From Pseudomonadota bacterium (GTDB lineage Bacteria > Pseudomonadota > Alphaproteobacteria > Caulobacterales > Hyphomonadaceae), in contig JBCBGS010000001.1 in NCBI GenBank assembly GCA_038526515.1, forward strand, positions 4,733-68,732: a stretch of DNA of 64,000 nt, given 5' to 3'. Numbering within the stretch: the stretch's first letter is position 1; every line of letters starts with the position of its first letter. Below, in pieces: positions 1 to 8,807 of the stretch. The position numbers and the translations under genes are program-made. The notes under the pieces were generated by a model. The model saw only the letters and a program-made list of their open reading frames with translations, was not told where the DNA came from and ran no database searches.

Positions 1-798
1 GCCGCGCGCCTGGAAATTCAACTCGTCAGCTTCGTCTTGCGTGATTGTTCCATTGCTGACCAACGCGTCCACTTTGCCGATGAAGTCGGCGTATAAAGGC
101 GATGGCTCTTCTGGACCGACGCCTTCAAACGGATATCCGTTGATCACGTTCCCAGCGCCTTCAATCACGAAATCATAGACAAAGAGCGGTGGGCGGATAC
201 CCCGTTCCGCGGACGCTTGCGCATTGGTAAGGTGCTGGCCGAGATAGGTCGAAATTCCCTCGAGCCGGGAGATGTAGGCCTCCGCATCGGACTTGCTGGT
301 CACTTTGTGCTGACCAATCATGAAGGAGGCGATGCCTGCATGCGCCCCGCGCATCTGGCTGAACGTGTAATTATAGCCGCGCCAGTTATTGGCGATTTCA
401 TCACGCTCAAGATCATACTCTGCGAGCCGGAATGAGAGTTTGCCTTGATCGGTCAGTTTCGCTGGATCGAACTGTTCGCGCATTTCGGCGACGTTGGCGC
501 GAAGGATGTCCATTTCGGCATCGCGCGCTTCCTCGCTGACATCATCCCATTTGTCGTAGTTTTCCCGGCTCCCCAAAAAGGTCGCGCTCATCGGGCTTCT
601 GGAGATCGCCTCATTGAACTTGGTTTCGAACCAAGCATTCAGGCGTTCGGTCTCTGCCTCTTTTTCGGCATCAATGTCTGCAACAAGCTCCGCAGCAGAT
701 GTTTGGGATTCGCTGCTGTTCGGAGCCGGGGATTGTGCTCCACAAGCGACGAGACCGGCGGCCAGAATGAGCGAAGTGATAGAAGGAGCTAAACGCAT
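1..798 (-). CDS. DUF885 family lipoprotein (putative peptidase), 5' part only; runs off the left edge
   Basis: Not in the ORF track. Manual translation from ATG at 798 gives MRLAPSITSLILAAGLVACGAQ...RLNAWFETKFNEAISRSPMSATFLG...DAEAYISRLEGI...GIRPP. It has a lipobox (LVAC) and DUF885-like segments, and the translated part shows no stop. Confidence 0.8.
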   Translation of the reverse strand, partial: MRLAPSITSLILAAGLVACGAQSPAPNSSESQTSAAELVADIDAEKEAETERLNAWFETKFNEAISRSPMSATFLGSRENYDKWDDVSEEARDAEMDILRANVAEMREQFDPAKLTDQGKLSFRLAEYDLERDEIANNWRGYNYTFSQMRGAHAGIASFMIGQHKVTSKSDAEAYISRLEGISTYLGQHLTNAQASAERGIRPPLFVYDFVIEGAGNVINGYPFEGVGPEEPSPLYADFIGKVDALVSNGTITQDEADELNFQARG

Positions 799-849
799 GG
801 TGAGCCTTTCGAGACCTGTAATAAAACCTGTATAAATGGTCATGTAAGA

Positions 850-878
850 TTAACCAGCCTTCTCCTTTGGTTAACCAT
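850..878. promoter_or_regulatory. Cluster of CtrA-like half sites (TTAACCA 850-856, inverted TGGTTAA 868-874, TTAACCAT 871-878) upstream of cckA
   Basis: Motifs are seen directly. TTAACCAT is the known CtrA half-site. There is no full TTAA-N7-TTAA. Confidence 0.4.
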
Positions 879-990
879 TTCGAGTGCAAAAGGATACGCT
901 GGGGCGGGGCATATGTGTCCTCGCATGGCGACCTGCTGTACGTAGGCACGAATCATTGGACTGTATGAGTCCGTGTTGGAGTTAAGTAAT

Positions 991-3555
991 ATGGCCGTTG
1001 AAGCGCCTGAAATCCAAACTGAGACAGAGCCAAAACTGACGCGTCAGTTGGATTGGCTGCAAATGGGATTTTGGCTGTGCATCTTGCTCGCCATCGGCGC
1101 GTCCAGCGCCAGCTTGGCTTGGCCGAATGCGGGCGGTCCGACCGGACTTATTCTTCTGATTTCTATGGCAGCAGGCGGCATGGTCTTCCTGCTCTGGATC
1201 CTGCGCGGGGCAGGGCGACGTATGGGACTGTTCCCAGAGCGCGGCGCTATGGCCGATGCGATGCAACCGGTGACCCCGCGTTTTTCTTGGATCGATGCGC
1301 TGGATGAAGCCGCCCTCGTTTGCGATCGTGGCGGCGCGCCTGTTGCGGCCAATGAAGCCTATACCGAGCTGACTCAGATGGCGCTGCTCGGTCAGTCAGA
1401 TGCGATGGGCCCCGTGTCTGTCGACCGTATTTTTAGCGCTGCGCCAGGCTTGGCCGCGCCGATCTTCAGACTGTCTAAAGCTGCGAAAGCTGGCGAGACA
1501 CGCCGCGAAACTTTGCCGGCCATGACGCTCGGCACCGAGGCTTTGCCCGTACAGTACGAAGCCTCCGTTTCGCCTCTCAAAGGCGAGCGAGTGATCTGGC
1601 GCTTGCGACGGATTACGGGGTCGGATCAAGTGACTGGCGCGGCAGATATGCGCGCGCTTTATGTTGAAGACGCTCCGATGGGCTTCTTCTCGTCCGGACC
1701 GGACGGTACGATATCTTACGCCAATGGGTGGCTTCGCGAGATCTTGGGACTGTCGGAGAATGCCAAGAACATTCGCCTAGATGACATTATGCGCCCAGAG
1801 TTCGTGAAACTCCTCCGCCGCGATCGCAAATCGGGTGTTCCGGGCCGCGCGGACATCATGATCCGCTCGCGAGACGGCGTTGAAATGCCGGTTCAAACGA
1901 TCACAACTTGGCACGGCAAAGGCGCTGATGCGACGGGCAGGACGATTGTCCTAGCCAACTCACAGAATCTGCTTGAAGGCGAAAGCCGGATGCTCGCGGC
2001 ATCTGCCAGCCGTCCGCCACGTCCTGACGGTGATCCAATGTTTGATGATGCTCCTTTTGGAGCGGCGCGACTTGAGGGGCAGTCGCTCGAAGGCGCGATC
2101 ATCACCGACAGCAACCGCGCTCTGATGGGGCTTGCGGGTGGTGGTGCCTCGCCAGGCACGCGGTTCATCGATCTATTCGTGGCCGAAGAAGGTGAGAACA
2201 AACTTCGAGAGCACCTGCTGGACTCAATCGATAAGCCAGTTGGCTTGCGTCTCGCCGATGAAGACCAAAAGCATGTAAATGTATTCGTGACCTTGGATGG
2301 CCGTGGTCAGCCCGCGGTCGCTTACGTCATCGATATGAGTGAGCAGAAAGAGCTCGAGCTTCGTTTGGCGCAAGGCGAAAAGATGCAAGCCATCGGTAAG
2401 CTTGCTGGCGGTGTGGCGCACGATTTCAACAATGTGCTGACCGGGATCATGCTCAACAATGATGAGCTTTTGACGAAGCACCCTGTGGGCGATCCGTCTT
2501 TTGACCACGTGAAGAAGATCCACGAGTTTTCTGTCCGGGCGAAGGATCTCGTACAGATGCTTCTGGCGTATGCCCGTCAGCAAACCTTCCGACGTGAAGT
2601 GTTTGAGCCAGGTGACTTCTTGTCAGAGTTTGCCATCCTTCTCGGCCAGCTCTTGGATGAGCGGATCGACTTCAACGTTGTCCATGGCCGCGACCTGCCG
2701 ATGATTAAAGCGGACCGTAACCAGCTCGAAACCGCGATCATCAACCTCGCCACAAATGCGCGCGATGCGCTTCTTATGGATGGCGGTAAAGGTGGTAAGC
2801 TGACAATCCGCACCTCTCGTGCATCCGAAAAAGACGCGCACGAGCGCGGCTTCCGTTATGTCGAGCAAGGCGAGTATCTGTTGATTGAAGTTGAGGATAC
2901 CGGGCACGGGATTGCCCCGGAAAACCTCGCCAACATCTTCAATCCGTTCTTCACGACAAAACCCAAGGGCCTTGGAACTGGGCTCGGCCTATCGACCGTA
3001 TATGGGATTATCAAACAGTCAGAGGGCTATATCTGCCCGATCAGCGATGTCGGTAAGGGAACGACCTTCCAGATCTATCTGCCTGCATTGAAAGCCGATG
3101 AAATTCCGGCGGTTGAAGTTCTAGAGCAAGCTCCGGTCGACGCAGTCTCTGTGCCCGTCGATATTTCGGGCCGTGGCCGCATTCTGCTCGTCGAAGATGA
3201 AGACGGAGTGCGCTCAATCGCTGCGTCTCAGCTAAAATCGCGCGGCTATGATGTCGAAGAAGCTTGTGACGGCGAAGAAGCGCTGGAAATTCTCGAAGAA
3301 AATCCGGGCGGCTTTGATCTCGTAGTTTCTGATGTCGTCATGCCGGGTATGGATGGCCCAACGCTGATCAAGGAAGCCAAAGAGCTTCTCGGCACCGCGA
3401 AGGTTCTCTTCATGTCAGGTTATGCGGAACGCGATGTTGCCGCGAAGCTGGACGGTGATCAGGAAGTTGCCTTCATGGCGAAACCCTTCACCGTCAAACA
3501 GCTGGCTGAACGCGTGAAAGCTGAGTTGATCGCACGCGCTAAAGAAGCGGCTTAA
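991..3555 (+). CDS. cckA: Cell-cycle hybrid histidine kinase CckA
   Basis: Two N-terminal TM segments, PAS domains, H-box LAGGVAHDFNN, N-box INLATNARDA, G-boxes DTGHG/FFTTK/GTGLGL and a C-terminal receiver (LLVEDE, SDVVMP, KPF). ATG 991 follows a GGAG RBS; the track start is 973. Confidence 0.9.
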   Translation: MAVEAPEIQTETEPKLTRQLDWLQMGFWLCILLAIGASSASLAWPNAGGPTGLILLISMAAGGMVFLLWILRGAGRRMGLFPERGAMADAMQPVTPRFSWIDALDEAALVCDRGGAPVAANEAYTELTQMALLGQSDAMGPVSVDRIFSAAPGLAAPIFRLSKAAKAGETRRETLPAMTLGTEALPVQYEASVSPLKGERVIWRLRRITGSDQVTGAADMRALYVEDAPMGFFSSGPDGTISYANGWLREILGLSENAKNIRLDDIMRPEFVKLLRRDRKSGVPGRADIMIRSRDGVEMPVQTITTWHGKGADATGRTIVLANSQNLLEGESRMLAASASRPPRPDGDPMFDDAPFGAARLEGQSLEGAIITDSNRALMGLAGGGASPGTRFIDLFVAEEGENKLREHLLDSIDKPVGLRLADEDQKHVNVFVTLDGRGQPAVAYVIDMSEQKELELRLAQGEKMQAIGKLAGGVAHDFNNVLTGIMLNNDELLTKHPVGDPSFDHVKKIHEFSVRAKDLVQMLLAYARQQTFRREVFEPGDFLSEFAILLGQLLDERIDFNVVHGRDLPMIKADRNQLETAIINLATNARDALLMDGGKGGKLTIRTSRASEKDAHERGFRYVEQGEYLLIEVEDTGHGIAPENLANIFNPFFTTKPKGLGTGLGLSTVYGIIKQSEGYICPISDVGKGTTFQIYLPALKADEIPAVEVLEQAPVDAVSVPVDISGRGRILLVEDEDGVRSIAASQLKSRGYDVEEACDGEEALEILEENPGGFDLVVSDVVMPGMDGPTLIKEAKELLGTAKVLFMSGYAERDVAAKLDGDQEVAFMAKPFTVKQLAERVKAELIARAKEAA

Positions 3556-3570
3556 TCAACCGAAGCTCAC

Positions 3571-4119
3571 CTAGTCATTGTTCGCGACAAGCCGCAGATG
3601 TGTTGGCTGGCGTTCGATCTTTGGCGGATAAACAGCGGCAACGCGGTGACGCCAAACGGGGCGCCCCTGCAGAACCGGCGCAGGCTGCAGGATTTGATAG
3701 AGGCCGAGAAGACGGTTTTGATTGGCGTGCTGACGTGGTGATGGCAGCGGTGCAAACGTCAGTTCAATATCGACTTGCGTACCTGTCAGCGTTTCTCCCG
3801 TGGCGTGAAGAATGCCGGGTTGCCGGCTTTCTCTAACCGAAGAGATCAAAGACTGAACCATGGCGCGGTCATGCCCTGTCCAAAATGCGAGGCAGTCATG
3901 CTCACCTAAATCACGCCCGAGCAGGGTGCCGAGCTGATTTCCAGCGTTCCGGAACAACCATCGTCCCTCTTCGGACTCTTCGATCACGAACAAGCACTCC
4001 AATAAGTCAGGGTGGTCACTCGCCCGGACAGAGCTGCTGACTTCCTCGGGTGATTGATGCATCCGCTCCCACGCTGATAACAGTGTGACGGTGTTCGGAT
4101 GGTGTTCAGTCTTAAACAT
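3571..4119 (-). CDS. Single-domain PAS_5 (DUF1457) protein, MopJ-like
   Basis: Segments HPNTVTLLSAW, FRNAGNQLGTLLGRDL, IELTFAPL, RLLGLYQ and C-terminal HLRLV are typical of alphaproteobacterial PAS_5 proteins. Confidence 0.7.
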   Translation of the reverse strand: MFKTEHHPNTVTLLSAWERMHQSPEEVSSSVRASDHPDLLECLFVIEESEEGRWLFRNAGNQLGTLLGRDLGEHDCLAFWTGHDRAMVQSLISSVRESRQPGILHATGETLTGTQVDIELTFAPLPSPRQHANQNRLLGLYQILQPAPVLQGRPVWRHRVAAVYPPKIERQPTHLRLVANND

Positions 4120-4183
4120 TCTTGCTGCCTCTCTCAGCGATGCCTCACCCTCATCGCCCAGTTTTCGATATGAGACGTCTGCC

Positions 4184-4198
4184 GCAATGTTTGCGCCA
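4184..4198 (-). promoter_or_regulatory. sigma54 (-24/-12) promoter for the PAS_5 gene
   Basis: The minus strand reads TGGCGC-AAACA-TTGC (GG-N10-GC), about 65 bp upstream of the start codon. Confidence 0.6.
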
Positions 4199-4266
4199 GT
4201 TTATCGCTCGCTCATTGCGCGAAAGTCGGTTCATTTTGGGGCTTGGTTCGCCGCACAGGGGAAACT

Positions 4267-4282
4267 CGGCATGGAACCTGCT
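4267..4282 (+). promoter_or_regulatory. sigma54 (-24/-12) promoter for the Cys-rich secreted protein
   Basis: CGGCAT-GGAAC-CTGCT (GG-N10-GC), about 33 bp upstream of ATG 4315. Confidence 0.5.
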
Positions 4283-4314
4283 TCCTACTAGGCGAACTGT
4301 TCGGGAGTGATCGA

Positions 4315-5274
4315 ATGACCGTTTCAACACGGAACACCCTTTTCGCTGGCGCAGGCCTGCTTTCAGCCGCGATTTTGAGCGGATATGCTTATGCGGGCGG
4401 TGGCTCTGGCGGTGGTAAAGGACCGGTTGTCCCTGGTGCCCATATGGGCGGCTCAAATAGCGGACATAATGGTGGGCATTGTTGTAAGGGTCCTAAAGGC
4501 CCGCGCGTACACGTGCCTGGCGTAAATGTTTCAGGCCCGAACGTGATGATCCACGGCTCGAATGTCTCTGTGAACCAGGGCAGTATAATGACGAGCACGC
4601 AGAGCTTCCTCAGCACAAGTGTTGTGTCCGGCGGCGAAAGCAGTGTCGTGTTCGGTGGCGGCGGCGGATACTTTCCTGCCCAAGGTGTCGCGCCAAGCGC
4701 GATTGGCGCGCTCAATGTAGAAGGCGCTGAAGAGACTTACTATGAGACTGTGACGGAACAGGTTCCGACCACAGAAGAATTCTGTGAGGAGAAGATCTCT
4801 GTCCACACAGTCGTACGCCCCGTGCAAGCCGTTTGTATCGACGATAAAGGCATTCCGCATCCTGCATCCCGTGTGGATGCAAGCGATCACGTCCCGGCTG
4901 CCTATAAAGGTGAGCTGTTCCGCTGTATGGCGGGCACAAGTATGCAAGTGACGCTCGGCAGTGCTGAGAATGGTCGCGCAAGCTTCGCTCATGGTGAAAC
5001 ATTTGCCTGTCGCAAAGGCGAAGCTCTAGTTCATAAGCATGGCGGCGATCTGGCCTGCGCGCCTCAAACGCCGCAACGCGATTGTAATGAGCGGTCTTTG
5101 CTGCGCCGGCATGGCCCGGGCATCAAACTCATCACGGCCCGTGTGCAGCAAAAAGCCTGCGTGCCAAGCACTCGAACCGTCATGAAATCGGTTGAGCGGC
5201 AAGTTGAGCGCACACGCCAAACGAAAGCTCAATCGATGGTTTTCGATGGCGGTGTCGGCCAGGGCGTCAATTAA
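4315..5274 (+). CDS. Secreted Gly/Cys-rich hypothetical protein
   Basis: ATG 4315 follows a GGGAG RBS. Signal peptide ends ...GYAYA, followed by a Gly-rich N-terminus and 9 Cys in total. Confidence 0.8.
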   Translation: MTVSTRNTLFAGAGLLSAAILSGYAYAGGGSGGGKGPVVPGAHMGGSNSGHNGGHCCKGPKGPRVHVPGVNVSGPNVMIHGSNVSVNQGSIMTSTQSFLSTSVVSGGESSVVFGGGGGYFPAQGVAPSAIGALNVEGAEETYYETVTEQVPTTEEFCEEKISVHTVVRPVQAVCIDDKGIPHPASRVDASDHVPAAYKGELFRCMAGTSMQVTLGSAENGRASFAHGETFACRKGEALVHKHGGDLACAPQTPQRDCNERSLLRRHGPGIKLITARVQQKACVPSTRTVMKSVERQVERTRQTKAQSMVFDGGVGQGVN

Positions 5275-5299
5275 GCGCCAAATCTTCAAATTATAGTGA

Positions 5300-5332
5300 T
5301 TACAGGCTCCTCGAATTCGGGTGAGCCTGTAA
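5300..5332. terminator. Stem-loop after the Cys-rich protein gene
   Basis: TTACAGGCTC...GAGCCTGTAA 10-bp inverted repeat with no clear U tract. Confidence 0.5.
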
Positions 5333-5490
5333 CAACTGTTGCGCGAATACCGCGCCGCACACGGTTCCTGAAAATTCTGTAAATCTGGCCTTGTCAGTGG
5401 GGCGGTTTCAACTACTCCTCCATACGAATCCTCCGTGAAGAGAGGACCCCCAGAAACGCACTTTATCTACAATTTGTCGGGAGACGTGAG

Positions 5491-8226
5491 ATGAAAAGAT
5501 CCACACGATCTAATTTTGGCTTGAAAGCCGCACTATCATTCAGTGTGGGCCTAACCGCATTGGTCGCAGGAAGCGGCCTGAGCGCAATGGCTCAAGAAGA
5601 CGGTGACGAAGAGGCGAAGCGCCTAAACACCGTTACGATTACTGCAACGAAGCGTGAGCAAACGCTGCAGGATGTCCCGGTTGCGGTTTCCGTGATCGAT
5701 GAAAGCGTCATTGAAAAAGCCGAAATCCTCGATCTGAACGATCTTCAGTCTGTTGTTCCATCTCTGGGCTTCCGGACGTTCCAAAACTCAGCCAACGCAA
5801 ACTTCACGATTCGTGGTTTCGGAAATGGCGCGAACAATATCGGTATTGAGCCATCTGTTGGTATCTTCATCGACGGCGTTTATCGCTCACGCGCAGCCGC
5901 CTCAATCGGCGACCTTCCAAACATCGAGCGCGTTGAGGTCCTGCGCGGACCACAATCGACTCTGTTTGGTAAGAACGCGTCTGCCGGTGTTGTATCTGTC
6001 GTGACGAGCAAGCCTCAGTATGAGCTGGGCGGAAACGTTGAAGCAAGCTTCGGTAACTTCAATCTTCGCCGGGCGAAGGGGTATGTCACAGGCGGGATCA
6101 CAGACAATCTTGCATTCTCTCTCGGTGGCAGCATCAACCAGCGCGACGGTGTGGCTGAGAACCTTGTCGACGGATCAGAACTGAACACACGCGACCGTTG
6201 GAATATTCGCGGCGAATTGCTGCTTGAGCCAACTGACCGCCAAGAGTGGCGCTTGATCGTCGATGCAGACGAGATTGATGAAGTCTGCTGTATCGCGTCA
6301 AACCTGGTTGAAGGCCCAACCGCCAGCATCGTTCGTTTGATCGGCGGTGACGTTGATAACGCAACACCATTCGAGCGCGGCATTTTCGTCAACGGAACGC
6401 CAAACAACACGCTCGAGAACACTGGGATCTCTCTACAAGGTGACATCGAGTTTGATGGCTTCTCACTCACTACGATCACAGCCTACCGTGAAACAGATGT
6501 CGTCAACAATTACGATATCGACTTCACCAGCGCGAACCTCGCGACCCTTGATGAAGCGCAGCAGCTTGAGACTTTCTCTCAAGAACTCCGTTTGACATCG
6601 AACGGCGAAGGCAATTTCGACTGGATGGTCGGCGCTTACTACTTCAATGAGTCTGCGGCGGTTCAAAACGAGCTGCTATACGGTTCCGACTTCCGGAACT
6701 TTATCGATCTCGGCGCTGCGTTCGCAGGTGCTGCACCAGCAGACATTCCTGCTCTTATCGGCGCGTTCCAAGCGGGCGTCCTGCCAAGCCCGCTCGGTGG
6801 TCTTGAAGCTGGCCTCGGCATTCCAAGTGGAACGCTTGCGGGTGCAGGACAGGGCAACATTGAAAGCTTCACACAAGACGATGAAGCGATCTCTATTTTC
6901 GGCACCTTGGACTGGTACGTAACGGATCGCCTCACCGCGACCATCGGCTTGAACTATACCGAGACTGAAAAAGACGCGACGCTGAACATTCAAAGCCTCG
7001 ACGTTCTGTCTTCACTCGATCTGACCCAAATCGGTTATGCGCTCGTGGTTGACGGCATTCTGGGCGCGAATGGTGTCGATACATCCGACCCAGCTTCAAT
7101 CGGTGCGTTTATCGGTGGCAACCCAGCTGTCTATCAAGGCATCCAGCAGACTGCGCTCGCCATCGCAAGTAACTATGATCCAACCACACCTGCTGCGACA
7201 CAGAACCCGCTCGCCGGACTTCAGCCACTACAATTCCAACCGCCATTCGTGAACTTCCCGAACGCGGTCGAAGATGGCACGATCACAGCAGATGATCTGA
7301 CTTACTCTTTGCGTCTCGCCTATGACCTGACTGAAAACGTCAATGTCTATGGTTCGTATGCGACGGGTTTCAAATCGAACTCGTTCAACATCTCTCGTGA
7401 CAGCCGTCCATTCGCGGCCGTCTTCACACCATCGATCAATGCTGCAAACCAAGCTGTTGGCACCGTGGTTGATCCGTTCACAGGCCAAGTTCTGCGGACA
7501 GCGCCATCATCGCCGCTGCAGGATGCTGGACTTGCTCAGCCAAACCTGATCACCGGGACACGTTTCGCGGAACCAGAAGAAGCGGCAGTGTTCGAAATCG
7601 GCCTGAAAGGTGCGTGGGATAACTTCGCCGTCAACGTGGCGCTGTTTGATCAGACGATTGAAAACTTCCAGTCGAACATCTTTAACGGAACCGGCTTTAC
7701 GCTCGACAACGCGGCGAAGCAGTCTGCGACGGGTCTCGAACTTGACGCGACTTGGAGTCCAACCGCAAACCTGACACTGTCATTCGCGGGGACATTCCTG
7801 GACCCTGTCTATGACGATTTCATCGACTTTAACGGCAACAACCTGTCTGGCACCAACGTGTCCGGCGTGTCTGATGTCATTACATCGACATCTATCTTGT
7901 ACGAATTTGGCGTGCTTGAAACAGATTGGGACGGCTTCTTCCGCGCCGACTGGCAGTATGAAGCTGACTCTGACTTCGGGGATGGCGGTGCAACCGCACC
8001 AATCAACGCTGCTCTGGAAGATCTCTACGATCGCGAAGTGAACAATGTGAACGCCTCACTTGGTTTCACATCAGCGAATGGTCTTGGGATCACACTTTGG
8101 GGTCGTAACATCTTCGACCACGAGTACATCACGACCGCATTCCCGGGTGTTGCGCAAGCCGGAACATGGACAGGCTACCCAAGCCAGCCACGCACCTACG
8201 GTGTCACGGTTCGCAAAGTCTTCTAA
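5491..8226 (+). CDS. TonB-dependent receptor
   Basis: Signal peptide, TonB box (TVTITATKRE), plug motif IERVEVLRGPQSTLFGKNASAG and C-terminal PRTYGVTVRKVF. Confidence 0.95.
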   Translation: MKRSTRSNFGLKAALSFSVGLTALVAGSGLSAMAQEDGDEEAKRLNTVTITATKREQTLQDVPVAVSVIDESVIEKAEILDLNDLQSVVPSLGFRTFQNSANANFTIRGFGNGANNIGIEPSVGIFIDGVYRSRAAASIGDLPNIERVEVLRGPQSTLFGKNASAGVVSVVTSKPQYELGGNVEASFGNFNLRRAKGYVTGGITDNLAFSLGGSINQRDGVAENLVDGSELNTRDRWNIRGELLLEPTDRQEWRLIVDADEIDEVCCIASNLVEGPTASIVRLIGGDVDNATPFERGIFVNGTPNNTLENTGISLQGDIEFDGFSLTTITAYRETDVVNNYDIDFTSANLATLDEAQQLETFSQELRLTSNGEGNFDWMVGAYYFNESAAVQNELLYGSDFRNFIDLGAAFAGAAPADIPALIGAFQAGVLPSPLGGLEAGLGIPSGTLAGAGQGNIESFTQDDEAISIFGTLDWYVTDRLTATIGLNYTETEKDATLNIQSLDVLSSLDLTQIGYALVVDGILGANGVDTSDPASIGAFIGGNPAVYQGIQQTALAIASNYDPTTPAATQNPLAGLQPLQFQPPFVNFPNAVEDGTITADDLTYSLRLAYDLTENVNVYGSYATGFKSNSFNISRDSRPFAAVFTPSINAANQAVGTVVDPFTGQVLRTAPSSPLQDAGLAQPNLITGTRFAEPEEAAVFEIGLKGAWDNFAVNVALFDQTIENFQSNIFNGTGFTLDNAAKQSATGLELDATWSPTANLTLSFAGTFLDPVYDDFIDFNGNNLSGTNVSGVSDVITSTSILYEFGVLETDWDGFFRADWQYEADSDFGDGGATAPINAALEDLYDREVNNVNASLGFTSANGLGITLWGRNIFDHEYITTAFPGVAQAGTWTGYPSQPRTYGVTVRKVF

Positions 8227-8254
8227 GCTCGGCTTAGACAGCGAATATTTGGAG

Positions 8255-8284
8255 AAGCCCCGCCATTTTGGTGGGGCTTTTTCT
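8255..8284. terminator. Rho-independent terminator between the convergent TBDR and DUF4345 genes
   Basis: AAGCCCCGCCA-TTT-TGGTGGGGCTT followed by a T run. Confidence 0.8.
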
Positions 8285-8663
8285 ATGCCTTGCGGTGGAC
8301 CAGAAGCGCGGCGAGCACAAACATGACAAGCTCGAACCCAGCAAAGTACCAGTTCGAAGCCATGGCTGTATCGCCGTAGACGTAAGAGGCACCGCGTCCG
8401 AGAACATAGCCGCCCATATAGGCCGCAATGAAGCAAAGGGCGGCGAACTCAAAACGCTCCCGAAGGCCGCCCAGCAGGCACAAAAGCGCCGCCCCAAGGC
8501 TGACGCCGCCATATATGCCGCGCATCTCGAAGACCCCAGAAACGCCCTCGGCAGAGACCCCAAGACGTGCCGTCATTCCAACCGGGTCAGTGATCGACCA
8601 GACGCCAAAAGCGAGGAACATGAGGGCGGTGAAAAGCAGAAAAAGTCGTGTAAGCATGGCCAT
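8283..8663 (-). CDS. DUF4345-like 4-TM membrane protein
   Basis: Four hydrophobic helices, EMRGIYGG motif and LGRGAS...G. Confidence 0.7.
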   Translation of the reverse strand: MAMLTRLFLLFTALMFLAFGVWSITDPVGMTARLGVSAEGVSGVFEMRGIYGGVSLGAALLCLLGGLRERFEFAALCFIAAYMGGYVLGRGASYVYGDTAMASNWYFAGFELVMFVLAALLVHRKA

Positions 8664-8807
8664 TGAAATAGGCCATGTTTCGATCTTGTCGAATGTGATG
8701 AATTTCGGGACGCAAAGGGCTTGTTTTCCGCAAGATGGTGGGGGAGAAGGCAGCTAGATCGTGCGTGCTGAAACACGGCGATATTTGTAGATTAGAAGGA
8801 TCCTCCC

